Positions 12,580-27,000 of a DNA stretch of 64,000 nucleotides are shown here, piece after piece. The stretch lies in assembly GCF_964204645.1 (NCBI RefSeq), contig NC_134036.1, positions 4,184,600 through 4,248,599 on the forward strand, given 5' to 3'. The notes beneath the pieces are model-generated. The model saw nothing but the letters and a program-made list of their open reading frames with translations, was not told the origin of the DNA and searched no databases. The stretch's first letter is position 1. The number at the start of each line of letters is the position of its first letter. The DNA comes from Tubulanus polymorphus (Eukaryota; Animalia; Nemertea). Position numbers and translations under genes: made by a program.

Positions 12580-13844
12580 AATGAATTTTTACCGACAAAC
12601 ATCATTAAACTGTTCAATGCACATTCATATCTCATGTAATGACACATTTTAGTGGTCTACCTTTCTCAGTGCTGTTTTAAAATTAAATCGTGTTAGCTCC
12701 CATGATCAAGTGTACCGGTCATTAGCCATACGATCAATGTGAATGCTTCAGTCTTGATTCCTTGATCTCTTGATAACTATACATTTTCCCTATGCAGGTC
12801 ATATATATCTTAGATCAGCTTACGCATCGAGCATTTTGAGTCCCTGTTGTAGAAGACGTAATTATCAACACACAAGACAGATACCGGTACCACTTTTTAT
12901 CAGTGTTTTCATTAGCACACAGTAGATACTACTTTTATTATATATGGTTCGTAGAGATTAGATCATATCTTGACTGAAATACAAAAAGCACTGGTTTGCA
13001 CGCACCGTTCTCGAGACGAGATATCGTATTCTACGTTTACGTGTAATTTATAGAAGATAGTGTCACTTTGACAAATTTGGTCAGTGCCAAACTACTGAAT
13101 ACTAATACAGATCTTGATACGGGTCCAACCAGCTTTGTCGATGGAAAAGCTAGCCGAACAATCTCGGCATAGCGTCGACAACATTCGTGCCGGTTGATAT
13201 TGCGCACTAATTATACGTTGTACAAATGGAAGGTCCCCAATTGATGTTGCATCCAGGTCAGGGCCTCTTTATATATAGAAAGTAATCCTGATTGATTGAA
13301 AATGAATTCACGTATAGCGCACGGGCACCGGGCATTCTAAATAAGACTGGAAAAGAAGTGCACGATATGCAGTACACGATGTTGGAGTATCTCACAACCT
13401 CATATAACCTGATAGACGTTGTATTAAAGAAATAAAAACAAATCACCGAAAGTCTTTGTGTTGCGTTTGTTAAATGACCTCTGAGTTGTAGTGGTTCGAG
13501 GAAGGTCTTCTCACAATAGATTATGTTGATATTGCTACCAAGAACGACCCAAGAAAACCTGACGAGAAAATAAAATTGCATAGCTCTGGTCACGAGAGGT
13601 AACTGGGTTCTTCCACGAGATATTCTACGGATCTTAAGCATGGGATTTGAAATTTAAGATAATATTATACGCAAAATGGATATCTGCCAGTGCGTGCTGC
13701 TTTTCATTCAATTTCTTTATTCTCTTAACCTGTCAGTATCTTTCTACGGAGTCGAGAAGATACATAATATCCGTGGTAAGATTGAAAAATCCCACAATAA
13801 TTCAGTCAAAGATGTAAAGTTCTTGAATAGGAGAGTATAATATA

Positions 13845-13893
13845 TTTTGTTCAACGTTTCGGCTAAATACTGTTAGCCGTCATGAAGACAAAA
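13845..13893 (-). ncRNA. Degenerate Penelope-type hammerhead-like relic
   Basis: Minus strand reads attttgt-cttCATGA-cggctaacagtatttagcc-GAAACGTT-gaacaaaat. Stems I and II pair, but the CUGAUGA core is mutated. Confidence 0.4.
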
Positions 13894-15453
13894 TATCCCA
13901 TGCATGAAAGCCTATCGCATTGAAATATTCGTAGATAGTTAGTAGTCTCCGTAGTGGATAGGCTGCACTAGGTGAAATGGTTGCCTTCACCCAGGTTAGA
14001 TATGTTCTTCGCTGTACTTTGCTGATATTCCCGCGTATTGTATTTTACTGATAACGATTGCGTCTGAATACAATTAATAAGCGGGCATAATAAACATCGA
14101 AACCTACGTTTTAGAATGGAAACGAGATAGAATTCGAATGCCGCTAGTAGTAACCAGAATGCCTCTCCCGCAATGGAAATTCAGTGGCAAAGTCAAGAAA
14201 GACTTTCGCAGTTTTATATCTGTGTTTTTTAAGGAGGGTTTACTTTACATTTTAATTACTATTTGAAATTGGCGTTCGCATTTTTAACGTTACCCTAAAG
14301 GGCTTAATCAGAATTAAAACGGGAGCCCGAATTATTCTTACTGAGAGATGGAATGAAACAGGTCTTCTTCCTGATTAACTGTTTTTTTAAATTTCTTTCG
14401 TTTGCAGCAGCTTTAAAAGTCATCCTCTTGATACAAGTATAGATTCGTAAAATGGGGTATCAGAACTGTTGTACTGTGCAGAGGAACGACATTTTAAAAC
14501 GCATATGAATCGGACAACATGACGGTTAGGACACATTTGGTTTTGGGACACAAAAAGACGTGCTTGATTTCTATAAACAGGTAGGGTTTTTTGTGCGTAA
14601 AACTTTGTGTAAAATCTAGAATTTGAGCCTTCGGGGACGGATCCGGGGCAGACTTTGACAGGAGTACAAACAATCGTAAAACGCATATGTACTATAAAGG
14701 GCAAGTTAAGGATCCACGCAGCCAAAACAAGGTTCTGGGCAATTTTGAAAAATCATACGATTCCTTTGAAGAATCTGTGGCCAGGGGTTGTGTTGGCGTG
14801 AGCTACGGCTGGCGGCAATCGAACCCCGGCAGGCAAGGATGTCACCAACGCAACGCAAGTGTCGAAGTAGCCGTTCTGAAAATGTGCGTAATCGTTGCGT
14901 TTCCAGCGCACTATTACTTTTTATCGATGTTGTCGAGCGGTATCGATTTTAAGGAAAATATTTCGCGTCTCATCAGAGGTAACTTGCACTTACAAATATC
15001 TGATTCTTACATCTACTTTCTCTCAAGTATGCGCATTATACTAGTATTCCGTACAGATACCTCGCGCGGTATTCGAAAGACGTGTATCCTAGCGGGCATG
15101 TTTTCATGAAAGATGAATAAATATCCAGAAAACCTGAACGAAGCGAAAATAACTTGAGTATTTTTTAAGATGATAATTGGACATATATTTTTACGCCATG
15201 CGCGGAAACATAAAACTAGAAATCGTTGCACAGATAGATGGTAATTACTGTGAAGTTGATCTAAGCCTATGCGCACGCTAATGACAGAATGGATAAAATA
15301 TTTACGAAATTGCTGGATTCTGATTTGAGCAAATAATTCATTTCACTAGTAGGGAGTTTACAATTCTACATCATTTACAGACAGAAGTTGAAGATCTGTG
15401 GACAACCAAGCAGAGTTTGGATCGTGGAAGTGTTTGCTCGTTGTATCGTGTTG

Positions 15454-18400
15454 ATGTTGTTCGGTATGGAGCAGCGACTGAGAGCGCTGTTTATATCGTC
15501 GCTGATCGTCTGTCGAGTTCGCATCGCGCGCGCTGATCGCGCAGACTCTATCGAGGAATCGTCTGTGACGGTAAGTTCGTCTTGTAACAACACGTGGTAC
15601 CCGTTAGATTCTACGTCCGGTTACATCGTTTCACCGAATTATCCTTCGTTAACGCGCGGTGTTGAATGTCGTTGGTTCGTCAACAGCTCTTTATCGGGGA
15701 CTTTTCAGGCCCGAGTTTACCATGACATCGAGCCGTCCATATTCTGTAGTGATAACTACCTTCTCGTCTATGAGTCTGTTAACAGATTCTGTGGCGATGG
15801 TAAACATGAAATTCGACGTAACAATTCGATCTCGTTGATGTTTAGAAGTAACGTCGATAGTGCACGAGGAAGTCGGGTTTATATCATATACACATATCGT
15901 TATACACGAAGCCAATTGATTTTAAGTCACGACTGTAAATCCACTACTTTTAGATTGGGACGATTGCAAACATCGAAGGGATACCGATTTATTTTAGAGT
16001 TTTCCAATCACCAGTGTCGACTATATTTAGAATGGCTCAGACTCCAGGATGGCTTCGCTTTGAACCTGACATTCAGCGACGTTAGCTTCGAATTGTTTCC
16101 TATTGTTAAAATAGTTTCGATTAAAATTCACGACGGTTGGAACACTAGTAGCGAACCTATAGCTCATATACCTGAACAAAAAGGACTACCACCATCTACG
16201 TTTTATACTAAAACAAACAAGGCCATCGTCGGTATGCCACCATTCGAATTCAAATTTCACTCAAAATTACTTGTGCAGATTTACAAAATATCAGATTGGA
16301 ACCTAACTAATCCATTGATTCAGATCTATAATAACGAGTCGGGAGTGCTCATTCCCGATGACAACAGTTTACACGTTGTAACTCGATCAAAACACTTACA
16401 CTGCTGGTCTATCACAGTGCAGGTGTTACAGTACGTCGTCTTCAACTGGACACGTAACCTCGTCTCGTTCGGTGACATCATCGGTGTATACAAACTAGAA
16501 GGGTTACGCGTTGTAGGAACTGATATTTTACTCGGTTACAACTACCTGCAATCACTGAGTGTCAAATCTGAAGGCTTTCTCGTCATACTGTGCGTTTTAA
16601 GGCCACAAGAATCAACAAAAAATCATATTGAAATAATCTACAAAATGGAATCGCTTTCGATGACCGATGTTAAGGTTTTTTGGCTACGAGTAAGTATACA
16701 ATATCATTTACATAAAACACTATTCCTCGAAAATACTATAAAACGCACAATTTAGAATTCGAAAACTTTTTCTACAGAATATGGTGTTTATTAATCCTTT
16801 TCGGCTGTTCCCAATGAAGAACAATCCGGTAAGGACGTTTCGCACAAATATATTGCCGATAGTGACGTATCGCGCAAATATATTGAAGCTCACATCGAAA
16901 TCTAATGTCCATGAATATGGTTTACGCATGTTGGTTATATCAGAGAACTGCGAGCGAGCTGGATTTTATATATACGACGGTGGTAATTTCACGGCTAGAC
17001 GATACGGTCCGTATTGTCCTCGTTCAACTAGGTACGACCGTAACGTCGTCAGTCTGATTACATCAAGCGGATCGGTTACTGTACTAGCATACGCCCACAA
17101 ATGGGAAGGACAGTTGACCGAAGATAACGAATTGCATCGCCCCTTTCTCAGATTTCAACCAACCGACTGTGACGGGTATGTCCTCCAGGATGGAGAACGG
17201 CAGGTCAACATGACGTCACATTGTCTCGTGATTACACCTGAAAATCGACGCCTTCCTGTGGGACATATTAACATATTATCAGAGCACGAATATCAAATTG
17301 ACCGATGTTCTACTGGAATATGGAGGAGCTCTTCGTGCAAAATATCTACAACTGTAAAAAGCCAATTTCTCAATAACAGTCTCGTATTAAATACGGTTAG
17401 TCTTAGCAGCGAAAACATCTTCTGGCAATTTCCATTTATAGTGAAAGTGCGTCATAAATGCCAAAGTTTGAAGCGGGCCGATTCAAGTAGTGGGCATATC
17501 GGTATGTTTTTACCGGATAAAGATGATTGCGGAATCGTGCAGTCACCGAACTACCCGGGTAAAGCAGGCTTATTTGCTCAATCACTTCGCTATACATACA
17601 ATACTAGATACGTAGGAAGCGCAATTAAATACAGATACTACAGATTCGTAATCAAATATATCGACATAACGCCGTGTTCAAGGTTATCTATAATGGACAA
17701 AAATCCGATCGAGTTTGTTCAACAAATGGACGATTATATCAACGGAAGGCAGATGCACGTCACGCGGAAAATCTGTAAAATTAACCATCCGTTACTTGGC
17801 GGCGTATTTCACAGTTTAATTAATGGTGGCTTCCATTTCGACATAAAAGGCAGAGCCCCGACATTTCAGATACAATACACATTAGAAGCATCGTCACAGA
17901 TCGAAGCGAATCGCTGTCAATCGGGATTCTTTGATACTGGAATTTCATGCATACGATATATGAGAGGTGAGCGTCTGAATTGGGAGAATGCTGAATTGTA
18001 TTGTAGACAGAAGTACGCGGGACATCTACTCAGTATCAACTCAGAACAGGAAATGGCGGCTATCAAGACGTTATTCGCTACGAAACTTCTTCGTCATGCT
18101 TATTCACAGAAAACCCTCATAATGCTGATTGGATTAAAGCTGCAGGTGACAACCCTAAGTATTGAAGATTAGTAACAAAAAGTTTTGGATTTAGCATCTG
18201 GATAGAATGTTTCTACATAATTTCAGAGAACATGCATTAATGTTTTGTAATACTCTTTTGAATGAATCTCCGAAGACGAATTCAAACGGCAGTATAACTG
18301 CAGATCGTTCGACGTTCATCGTCAATATTGTGTCTTTTTTGCTCTTGAATGTAGCTTTTACTGAAATATGTTTTAATGTATAATGTGTAAAAATATATTA

Positions 18401-21400
18401 TGCTTCTGCTTTTCAGCCGAATATAAGCCAATACTTTTGGTCCGATGGAAAACCATTGAGCTACACGGAGTGGTATAAACCTACAAATAACGAAACGATA
18501 CCAGAAGTTATTCGAGGTTTGATATCTCCTCTAAGAAAACAACCGATGAATGACGTCAATATGCCGTGCACGGCGATGATACTGGATAATCCACGAGGTT
18601 CGGCGAACTGGGTTCGATTCCCATGTCTTATCGAGGAGGTTCATACGACGTTTGTTTGCGAATCGGATAGAAATGAAATAAAGCACGATGTTAATATGAA
18701 TAGATACGAAAATGAAAATAAAGATACCGATGTAAATGATTTATTTCCAAAGCTAGACGACACCAAATTAAGCTGTGTACGGGGAATGGTACTTATAGCA
18801 GGACGATGTTATCAAATACTGACAAATTGGAATAAAAACCAAAGTTTAGATATTGGAAGCGCGAGAGAAATGTGCCGTGGTATCAGCGGTGATATAGGTG
18901 AGATTCCTTTAACTGTAAATTTCGTAAACTTTTTAGTCACTACGTTTCACTATCAACACCAATATGGCGCCATATTAGTAATGAATGGGTACGGCAGAGC
19001 CATAGTGATACAGCCATTTGTGACCAGGGACTATATCACCTACCATAATTCATTGGTTTGGTCCTTCGAAACCCCCGAAAGTGCAGAACTTGGTGATGTG
19101 CATTCTGTATTGTGTTCCTACAATGGAACTGGTGATGACTTGGCTTCTATAAGCGGTTGTAAATCGTGGCAGTTTAAATGTAACGATCAAAGATGTATCA
19201 GCGACCATCGCGTATGTGATACCAGACACGACTGTCAACACGGTGAAGATGAACTCGATTGTACGGATATCAATTTACACAGTCAGTTTCAATGCGAAGA
19301 TGGTCAGGTGATATCAATAAGTGGATTCTGCGATTTCATACAGGATTGTGTAGATAGTTCCGATGAAGAATCTTGTATTCATCCACCGTGTTTGTCCGGG
19401 CAATTTCGCTGTAGCAACGGTCAATGTGTCGGTAAGACTGGAATTTGTGATGGAGTCACTAATTGTGAAGACGACTCCGATGAAATGGGATGCACTGTTG
19501 AACTATGTCAGGGCTTCCTGTGTAACAGTGGGGACTGTATCAGTTCTGAGTTGTATCAGGATGGTGTCGTGGATTGCAGTGGAAGCCTTGAAGAAGATGA
19601 ATTAGTAACAACTAGTGTTACAGTGAATCCTACGGTCCAGTGCAATGATGAAAACCACTGTACGACTAACTTCACTAATCTATGCACAGAAGCTGATGAA
19701 CAAAGATGTTCTTTTGATTCTCTTCATTGTTATTCTAGACGTTACAGATGTATTTTGGAAAGATTGATAAATAGTTTCCCAGTTTGTAGAAATCTTGAGC
19801 ACGTATTGAGATGTGAAGAATTTGAGTGTCCAGTTAGTACTGTAAAATGTCCAGCATCGTACTGTATACCGATCAGACAAGTGTGCGATGGTCAACCAGA
19901 TTGTCCTAATTCAGAAGATGAGTTAAACTGCGAGACATTTTCATGTCCAGGAATGTTTAAATGTGGTCAGGAAAATCGATGTATTCCACGATCTGAAGTT
20001 TGTGATGGTGTTGTTAATTGTAAAAATACAACTGATGACGAGGCTTTCTGTAACGTCACGTGTCCTAGTCATTGTAAATGTCAAGGCCATTCAGTAGACT
20101 GTAGGAATATTGGTTTTACAGATATTACTGGTCTAATCACGATATCAAGTCGGGTCATAATGTTGTCCAATAACAGCCTTCTTTTTAATGCGTCAACATT
20201 TTCTCCTTTCGTCTATCTTCGCATGCTCAACCTCTCCTCAAATAAATTGTCTCAAATTCGACCAAATTCGTTCACAAACCTGCATAATCTACGAACTTTA
20301 GACCTTTCGTTTAACTCGATTACATCTTTATCAACTAATGCATTTAACGGTTTGTATAGCTTAAAAGAGCTTTTCATAACTGGAAATTCAATTCGATATT
20401 TAGAAGATGGTAGCTTTAATGGTTTAATATCACTTCCTATTTTTGACCTTCACGGACTGTACATTGCAATACTTGCCGGAAATGTATTCAAAGGTCTATC
20501 CTCATTGACTTCATTGAATATCAGCAGCAATAGAATTAATTTCATATCGGAATATGCTTTTTCTGGTTTACGCAAACTTTTGTATCTGGATCTATCCAAT
20601 AATTCGAATTACATTTCGACAGAAAAAGGTGTTTTTGACAATCTGACATCATTAGTCTCACTAACGTCTGATGCTTACAAATTTTGCTGCATGGCTCCGA
20701 ATGTTGACCAGTGCCTTCCTGAAGCCGATCAGTTTTCCTCCTGTTCTGACTTGATGGGTAACACAGTTCTCAGAGCTATCATCTGGGTCATCGCCGCGTT
20801 CAGTTTCTCCGCGAACAGTATCGTAATTTTACTTCGCATTCAACTACCATCATCCGAAACGCGTAACACATCTTCAGACATCATCATCACAAATCTCGCA
20901 GTCTGCGATTTCATGATGTCGATTTATTTGTTCTTGATCGCTGGTGCCGATAACGTTTACAAAGGAGTCTATTTTCTAAATGCTGAAATTTGGACCGACA
21001 GTTCGTTGTGTCATTTTGCCGGGGTTTTAGTTACTATCTCCTGTGAAGGATCTTTGACATTCTTGCTTCTCCTCACGCGTCATCGATACTCGAACATCGT
21101 CGACCCATTTTCCGATAGTGTGATGATCACTCCTAAACACCTCACCAGTATTTGTTGCCTTTGCTGGATTATTTTGAGCATCATTTCTTTGCTGCCGCTG
21201 TCGCAATCGCCGTACTTCGGTACGAAGTTCTACGGCACTACCGGAGTTTGTTTGCCTATGAATTTACTTACAATCGACGTCAAAGCCTGGCATTATTCAT
21301 TGGCCATTTTCGCTGCGTCCAACTCGGTCGTACTTGCTACAATAATGGGAACTTATGCCCAAATGTACCGATTCGTATCTGGAAGCAGGTCCGGTTCTGG

Positions 21401-21659
21401 TAGAGCTGATCCTACCGAACTGGTTTTGGCACGTAGGAGTTTGGTGATAAATCTTTGTAATTTATTTTGTTGGCTGCCGTTAATTACCGTTCAGTTTTGC
21501 GCGGTACTCCGCGTGGACATACCGAATCAGGTGGCGGCTTGGCTGGCGGTTCTTTTTTTACCGATCAACTCGTCCCTCAATCCTATTCTTTACACCATAC
21601 TTACAATTGATATAAAATCCGTACGCGCAAAGAACAAACGCTTCCGCAGACAGAGGTGA
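15454..21659 (+). CDS. GRL101-like LGR GPCR copy 2, ~1948 aa; exons 15454-16689, 16778-18145, 18417-21659
   Basis: Same splice sites and phases as copy 1; open frame throughout; high identity to copy 1. Confidence 0.93.
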
Positions 21660-22853
21660 ATTTACTAAACTCGATTTCCACCGACAAACATAATTGAACT
21701 GTTCAATACACATTCATATCTGATGTTATGACGAATATTAGTGGTTCACCTTTCGCAGTGCGGTTTCAAATCAAATGTCAATAGCTCCGATAATTGGGAC
21801 TGCCATTGGCCACACGATCATTGTGAATGCTATAAAGTCTTACCTCCTTGATCTCTTGATAACTATACATTTTTCCCTTTGCAGGAAAGTCATATATATT
21901 TTTGACCAGCTTACACATTGAGCATTTTCAGTCCCGGTTGTAGAAGACGTAATTATTAACACACAACACAGATACCGGTACCACTTGTATCAGTGTTTTC
22001 ATAAGCACACAGTACATACCACTTTTATTATATATAGTTCGTAGAAAATAGATCATATCTTAATGACTGAAAGAAAAAAGCACTGGTTTGCACGCACCGT
22101 TCTCGAGACGAGATATCGTATTCTACGTTTATGTGTTATTTATAGAAGATAGTGTTTTTGGTCAGTGCCAAACTACTGAATACTAATACAGATCTTAATA
22201 CGGGTCCAACCAGCTTTGACGATGGAAAAGCTAGCCGAAAAATCTCGGCATAGCGTCGACAACATTCGTGCTGGTTTATTTTTAACTAGATATTGCGCAC
22301 TGATTATATGTTGTACGAATGGAAGGTCCCCTGTTGATGTTGCATCCAGGTCAGGGACTAAGCACCTCTTAATAGAAAATAATCCTGATTGATTGAAAAG
22401 GAATTCACGTATAGCGCACGGGCACCGGGCATTCTAAAGACTGAGACTGGATAAGAAGTGCACGGTATGCAGTACACGATGTTGTTCTATCTCACTACAT
22501 CATATAACGTGATAGACGTTGTTTTAGAGAAATAAAAACAAATCACCGAAAGTTTTTGTGTTGCGTTTGTTAAATGACCTCTGAGTTGTAGTAGTTCGAG
22601 GAAGGTCTTCTAACAATAGTAGATGTTAATATTGCTACCAAGAACGACCCGACAAAACCTGACGAGAAAATATAATTGCATAATTGTCACAGGAAGTGAC
22701 TGGGTTCTTCACGAGATATTCTGTAGATCTAAAGTATGGGATTTGAACAACCTAGGATGATATTATACGTGAAATGGATATATGCCAGTGCGTAAATGAA
22801 GAAATCCCACACTTCGAATTTAGAATTATACTATCAAAATTATTATTATGAAA

Positions 22854-22895
22854 CCGCAACGTTTCGGCTGTTGACTAATAGACATCATCAGGTGG
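22854..22895 (-). ncRNA. Minimal type I hammerhead ribozyme motif (Penelope-type)
   Basis: CCAC-CUGAUGA-u-stemII-GAAACGUU-GCGG with palindromic AACGUU; mismatches in stems I and II. Confidence 0.6.
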
Positions 22896-22999
22896 AATGA
22901 AGTGCAAGATATGCAGTATACGATGTTGCACTCTCACTACATCATATAACCTGAAGGGCGTTGTTTTAGAGAAATAAAAACAAATCACCGAAAGTCATT

Positions 23000-23041
23000 C
23001 CACCTGATGATGGCTGTTAGTCAACAGCCGAAACCTTGTGG
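23000..23041 (+). ncRNA. Minimal type I hammerhead ribozyme motif (Penelope-type)
   Basis: CCAC-CUGAUGA-u-GGCUGUU(aguc)AACAGCC-GAAAC-CUU-GUGG; perfect stems I and II, but G-to-C at the cleavage triplet. Confidence 0.6.
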
Positions 23042-24023
23042 TTTCATAATAATAATTTTGATAATATAATTCTAAATTCGAAGTGTGGGATTTCACGGAT
23101 TATAGTGTTTATTCGACAACAAATGCCAGTGTGTGTTGTTTTTCTTTCAATGTCTTTATTCTCTAAACCTGTGCGTATCATTCCACCTGAGTCGAGATGA
23201 TACACAATATTCCCGGTAAGAGTACAAACAATCGTAAAACGCATATGTACTGCAAAGGGCAAGTTAAGGATCCACGCAGCCAAAACAAGGTTCTGGAAAA
23301 TTTTGAAATTTCATCGCACTTTCATACGATTCCTATGAAGGATCTGTGGCCAGGGGTTGTGTTGGCGTGAGATTCGGCTGGCGGCAATCAAACCCTGGCA
23401 GGCGAGGATGTCACCAACGCAAGGCTAAGCGTCGAAGTAGCCGTTCTGAAAATGTACGTAGTCGTTGCGTTGCCAGCGCACTATTACTTTTTATCGATGT
23501 TGTCGAGCGGTATCGATTTTAGGGAAAATATTTCGCGTCTCATCAGAGATAACTTGCTCTTACAAATATCTGAATCTTAAATCTACTTTCTCTCGAGTAA
23601 GTGCGAATTATACTAGTATTCGGTACAGATACCTCGCGCGGAATTCGAAAGACGTATATCCTAGCGGGCATGTTTTCATGAAAGATGAATAAATATCCAG
23701 AAAACCTGAACGAAGCGAAAAAACCTTGAGTATTTTTAAGATGATAATTGGACATACATTTTACGCTATGTGCGGAAACATAAAACTAGAAATCGTTGCA
23801 CAGATAGATGGTAATTACTGTGAAGTTGATCTAAGCCTATGCGCACGCTAATGACAGAATGGATAAAATATTTACGTAATTGCTGGATTCTGATTTTAGC
23901 AAATAATTCATTTCACTAGCAGGGAGTGTACAATTCTACATCATTTACAGACAGAAGTTGAAGATCTGTGGACAACCAAGCAGTGTTCGGATCGTGGAAG
24001 TGTTCGCTCGTTGTGTCGTGTTG

Positions 24024-27000
24024 ATGTTGTTCGGTATGGAGCAGCGACTGAGAGCGCTGTTTATATCGTCGCTGATCGTCTGTCGAGTTCGCATCGCGCG
24101 CGCTGATCGCGCAGACTCTATCGAGGAATCGTCTGTGACGGTAAGTTCGTCTTGTAACAACACGTGGTACCCGTTAGATTCTACGTCCGGTTACATCGTT
24201 TCACCGAATTACCCTTCGTTAACGCGCGGTGTCGAATGTCGTTGGTTCGTCAACAGCTCTTTACCGGGGACTTTTCAGGCCCGAGTTTACCACGACATCG
24301 AACCATCAATATTCTGTAGTGATAACTACCTTCTCGTCTATGAGTCTGATAACAGATTCTGTGGCGACGGTAAACATGAAATTCGACGTAACAATTCGAT
24401 ATCGTTGATGTTTAAAAGTAACGTCGATAGTGCACGAGGAAGTCGGGTTTATATCATATATCGTTATACACGAAGCCAATTGACTTTAAGTCACGACTGT
24501 AAATCCACTTTTTTTAGATTAGGACGATTGCAAACATCGAATGGATACCGATTTATTTTAGATTTTTTCAAACACCAGTGTCAACTATATTTAGAATGGC
24601 TCAGACTCCAGGATGGCTTCGCTTTGAACCTGACATTCAGCGACGTTAGCTTCGAATTATATCCTATTGTTAAAATAGTTTCGATTAAAATTCACGACGG
24701 TTGGAACACTAGTAGCGAACCTATCGCTCATATACCTGAACAAAAAGGACTACCACCATCTACGTTTTATACTAAAACAAACAAGGCCATCGTCGGTATG
24801 CCACCATTCGTATTCACGTTTCACTCGAAATTACATGTACAGATTTACAAAATATCAGATTGGAACCTAACTAATCCATTGATTCAGATCTATAATAACG
24901 AGTCGGGAGTGCTCATTCCCGATGACAACAGTTTACACGTTGTAACTCGATCAAAACACTTACACTGCTGGTCTATCACAGTGCAGGTGTTACAGTACGT
25001 CGTCTTCAACTGGACACGTAACCTCGTCTCGTTCGGTGACATCATCGGTGTATACAAACTAGAAGGGTTACGCGTTGTAGGAACTGATATTTTACTCGGT
25101 TACAACTACCTGCAATCACTGAGTGTTAAATCTGAAGGCTTTCTCGTCATACTGTGCGTTTTAAGGCCACAAAAATCAACAAAATCTCGTATAGGAATTA
25201 ACTATAAAATGGAATCGCTTTCGATGACCGATGTTAAGGTTTTTTGGCTACGAGTAAGTATACAATATCATTTACATAAAACACTATTCCTCGAAAATAC
25301 TATAAAATGCACAATTTAGAATTCGAAAACTTTTTCTACAGAATATGGTGTATATTAATCCTTTTCGGCTGTTCCCAATGAAGAACAATCCGATAAGGAC
25401 GTTTCGCACAAATATATTGCCGATAGTGACGTATCGCGCAAATATATTGAAGCTCACATCGAAATCTAATGTCCATGAATATGGTTTACGCATGTTGGTT
25501 ATATCAGAGAACTGCGAGCGAGCTGGATTTTATATATACGACGGTGGTAATTTCACGGCTAGACGATACGGTCCGTATTGTCCTCGTTCAACTAGGTACG
25601 ACCATAACGTCGTCAGTCTGATTACATCAGGTCGATCGGTTACTGTACTAGCATACGCCCACAAATGGGAAGGACAGTTGACCGAAGATTACGAATTGCA
25701 TCGCCCCTTTCTCAGATTTCAACCAACCGACTGTGACGGGTATGTCCTCCAGGATGGAGAACGGCAGGTCAACATGACGTCACATTGTCTCGTGATTACA
25801 CCTGAAAATCGACGCCTTCCTGTGGGACATATTAACATATTATCAGAGCACGAATATCAAATTGACCGATGTTCTACTGGAATATGGAGGAGCTCTTCGT
25901 GCAAAATATCTACAACTGTAAAAAGCCAATTTCTCAATAACAGTCTCGTATTAAATACGGTTAGTCTTGACAGCGAAAACAAGTTCTGGCAATTTCCATT
26001 CATACTTAAAGTGCGTCATAAATGCCAAAGTTTGAAGCGGGCCGATTCCAGTAGTATCGGTATGTTTTTACCGGATAAAGATGATTGCGGAATCGTGCAG
26101 TCACCGAACTACCCGGGTAATGCAGGCTTATTTGCTCAATCGATTCGCTATACATTCAGTACTAGATTCGTAGGGAGCGCAATTAAATACAGATACTACA
26201 GATTCGTAATCAAATATACTGACGTAACGCCGTGTTCTAAAGCATCTTCAGCGGACAAAGATCCGATCGAGTTTGTTCAACAAATGTACGATTATATCAA
26301 CGGAAGGCAGATGCACGTCACGCGGAAAATCTGTGGAATTCACCATTCTTTACTCGGCGGCGTATTTCACAGTTTAATGAACGGTGGCTTTTATTTTGAC
26401 ATAAAAGGCAGAGCCCCGACATTTCAAATACAATACGTATTAGAAGCATCGTCACAGATCGAAGCGAATCGCTGTCAATCGGGATTCTTTGATTCGGGAA
26501 TTTCATGCATACGATATATGAGAGGTGAGCGTCTGAATTGGGAGAATGCTGAATTGTATTGTAGACAGAAGTACGCGGGACATCTACTCAGTATCAACTC
26601 ACAACAGGAAATGGCGGCTATCAAGACGTTATTCGCTACGAAACTTCTTCGTCATGCATATTCACAGAAAACCCTCATAATGCTGATTGGATTAAAGCTG
26701 CAGGTGACAACCCTAAGTATTGAAGATTAATAACAAAAAGAGTTGGATTTACCATTTGGGTAGAATGTTTCTACATAATTTCAGAGAACATGCATAATAG
26801 TTTTGAAATACTCTTTTGAAAGAATCGCCGAAGACGAATTCAAACGGCAGTATAACTGCAGATCGTTCGTCGTTCATCGTCAATATTGTGTCTTTTTTGC
26901 TTTTGAATGCAGCTTTTACTGAAATATGTTTTAATACGTATAACTTGGAAAAATATATTATACTTCTGCTTTTCAGCCGAAATTAAGCCATTACTTTTGG

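Larger units (their letters stand above)
22794..23122. mobile_element. Insertion with 100-bp inverted arms (22801-22900 and 22995-23094) carrying hammerhead motifs around a 94-bp captured spacer
   Basis: Arms match at 95/100 by eye. Flanked by a near-perfect 12-bp duplication, atgccagtgcgt (22782-22793) and atgccagtgtgt (23123-23134). Absent from the homologous site in unit 1 (~13685). Confidence 0.8.
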
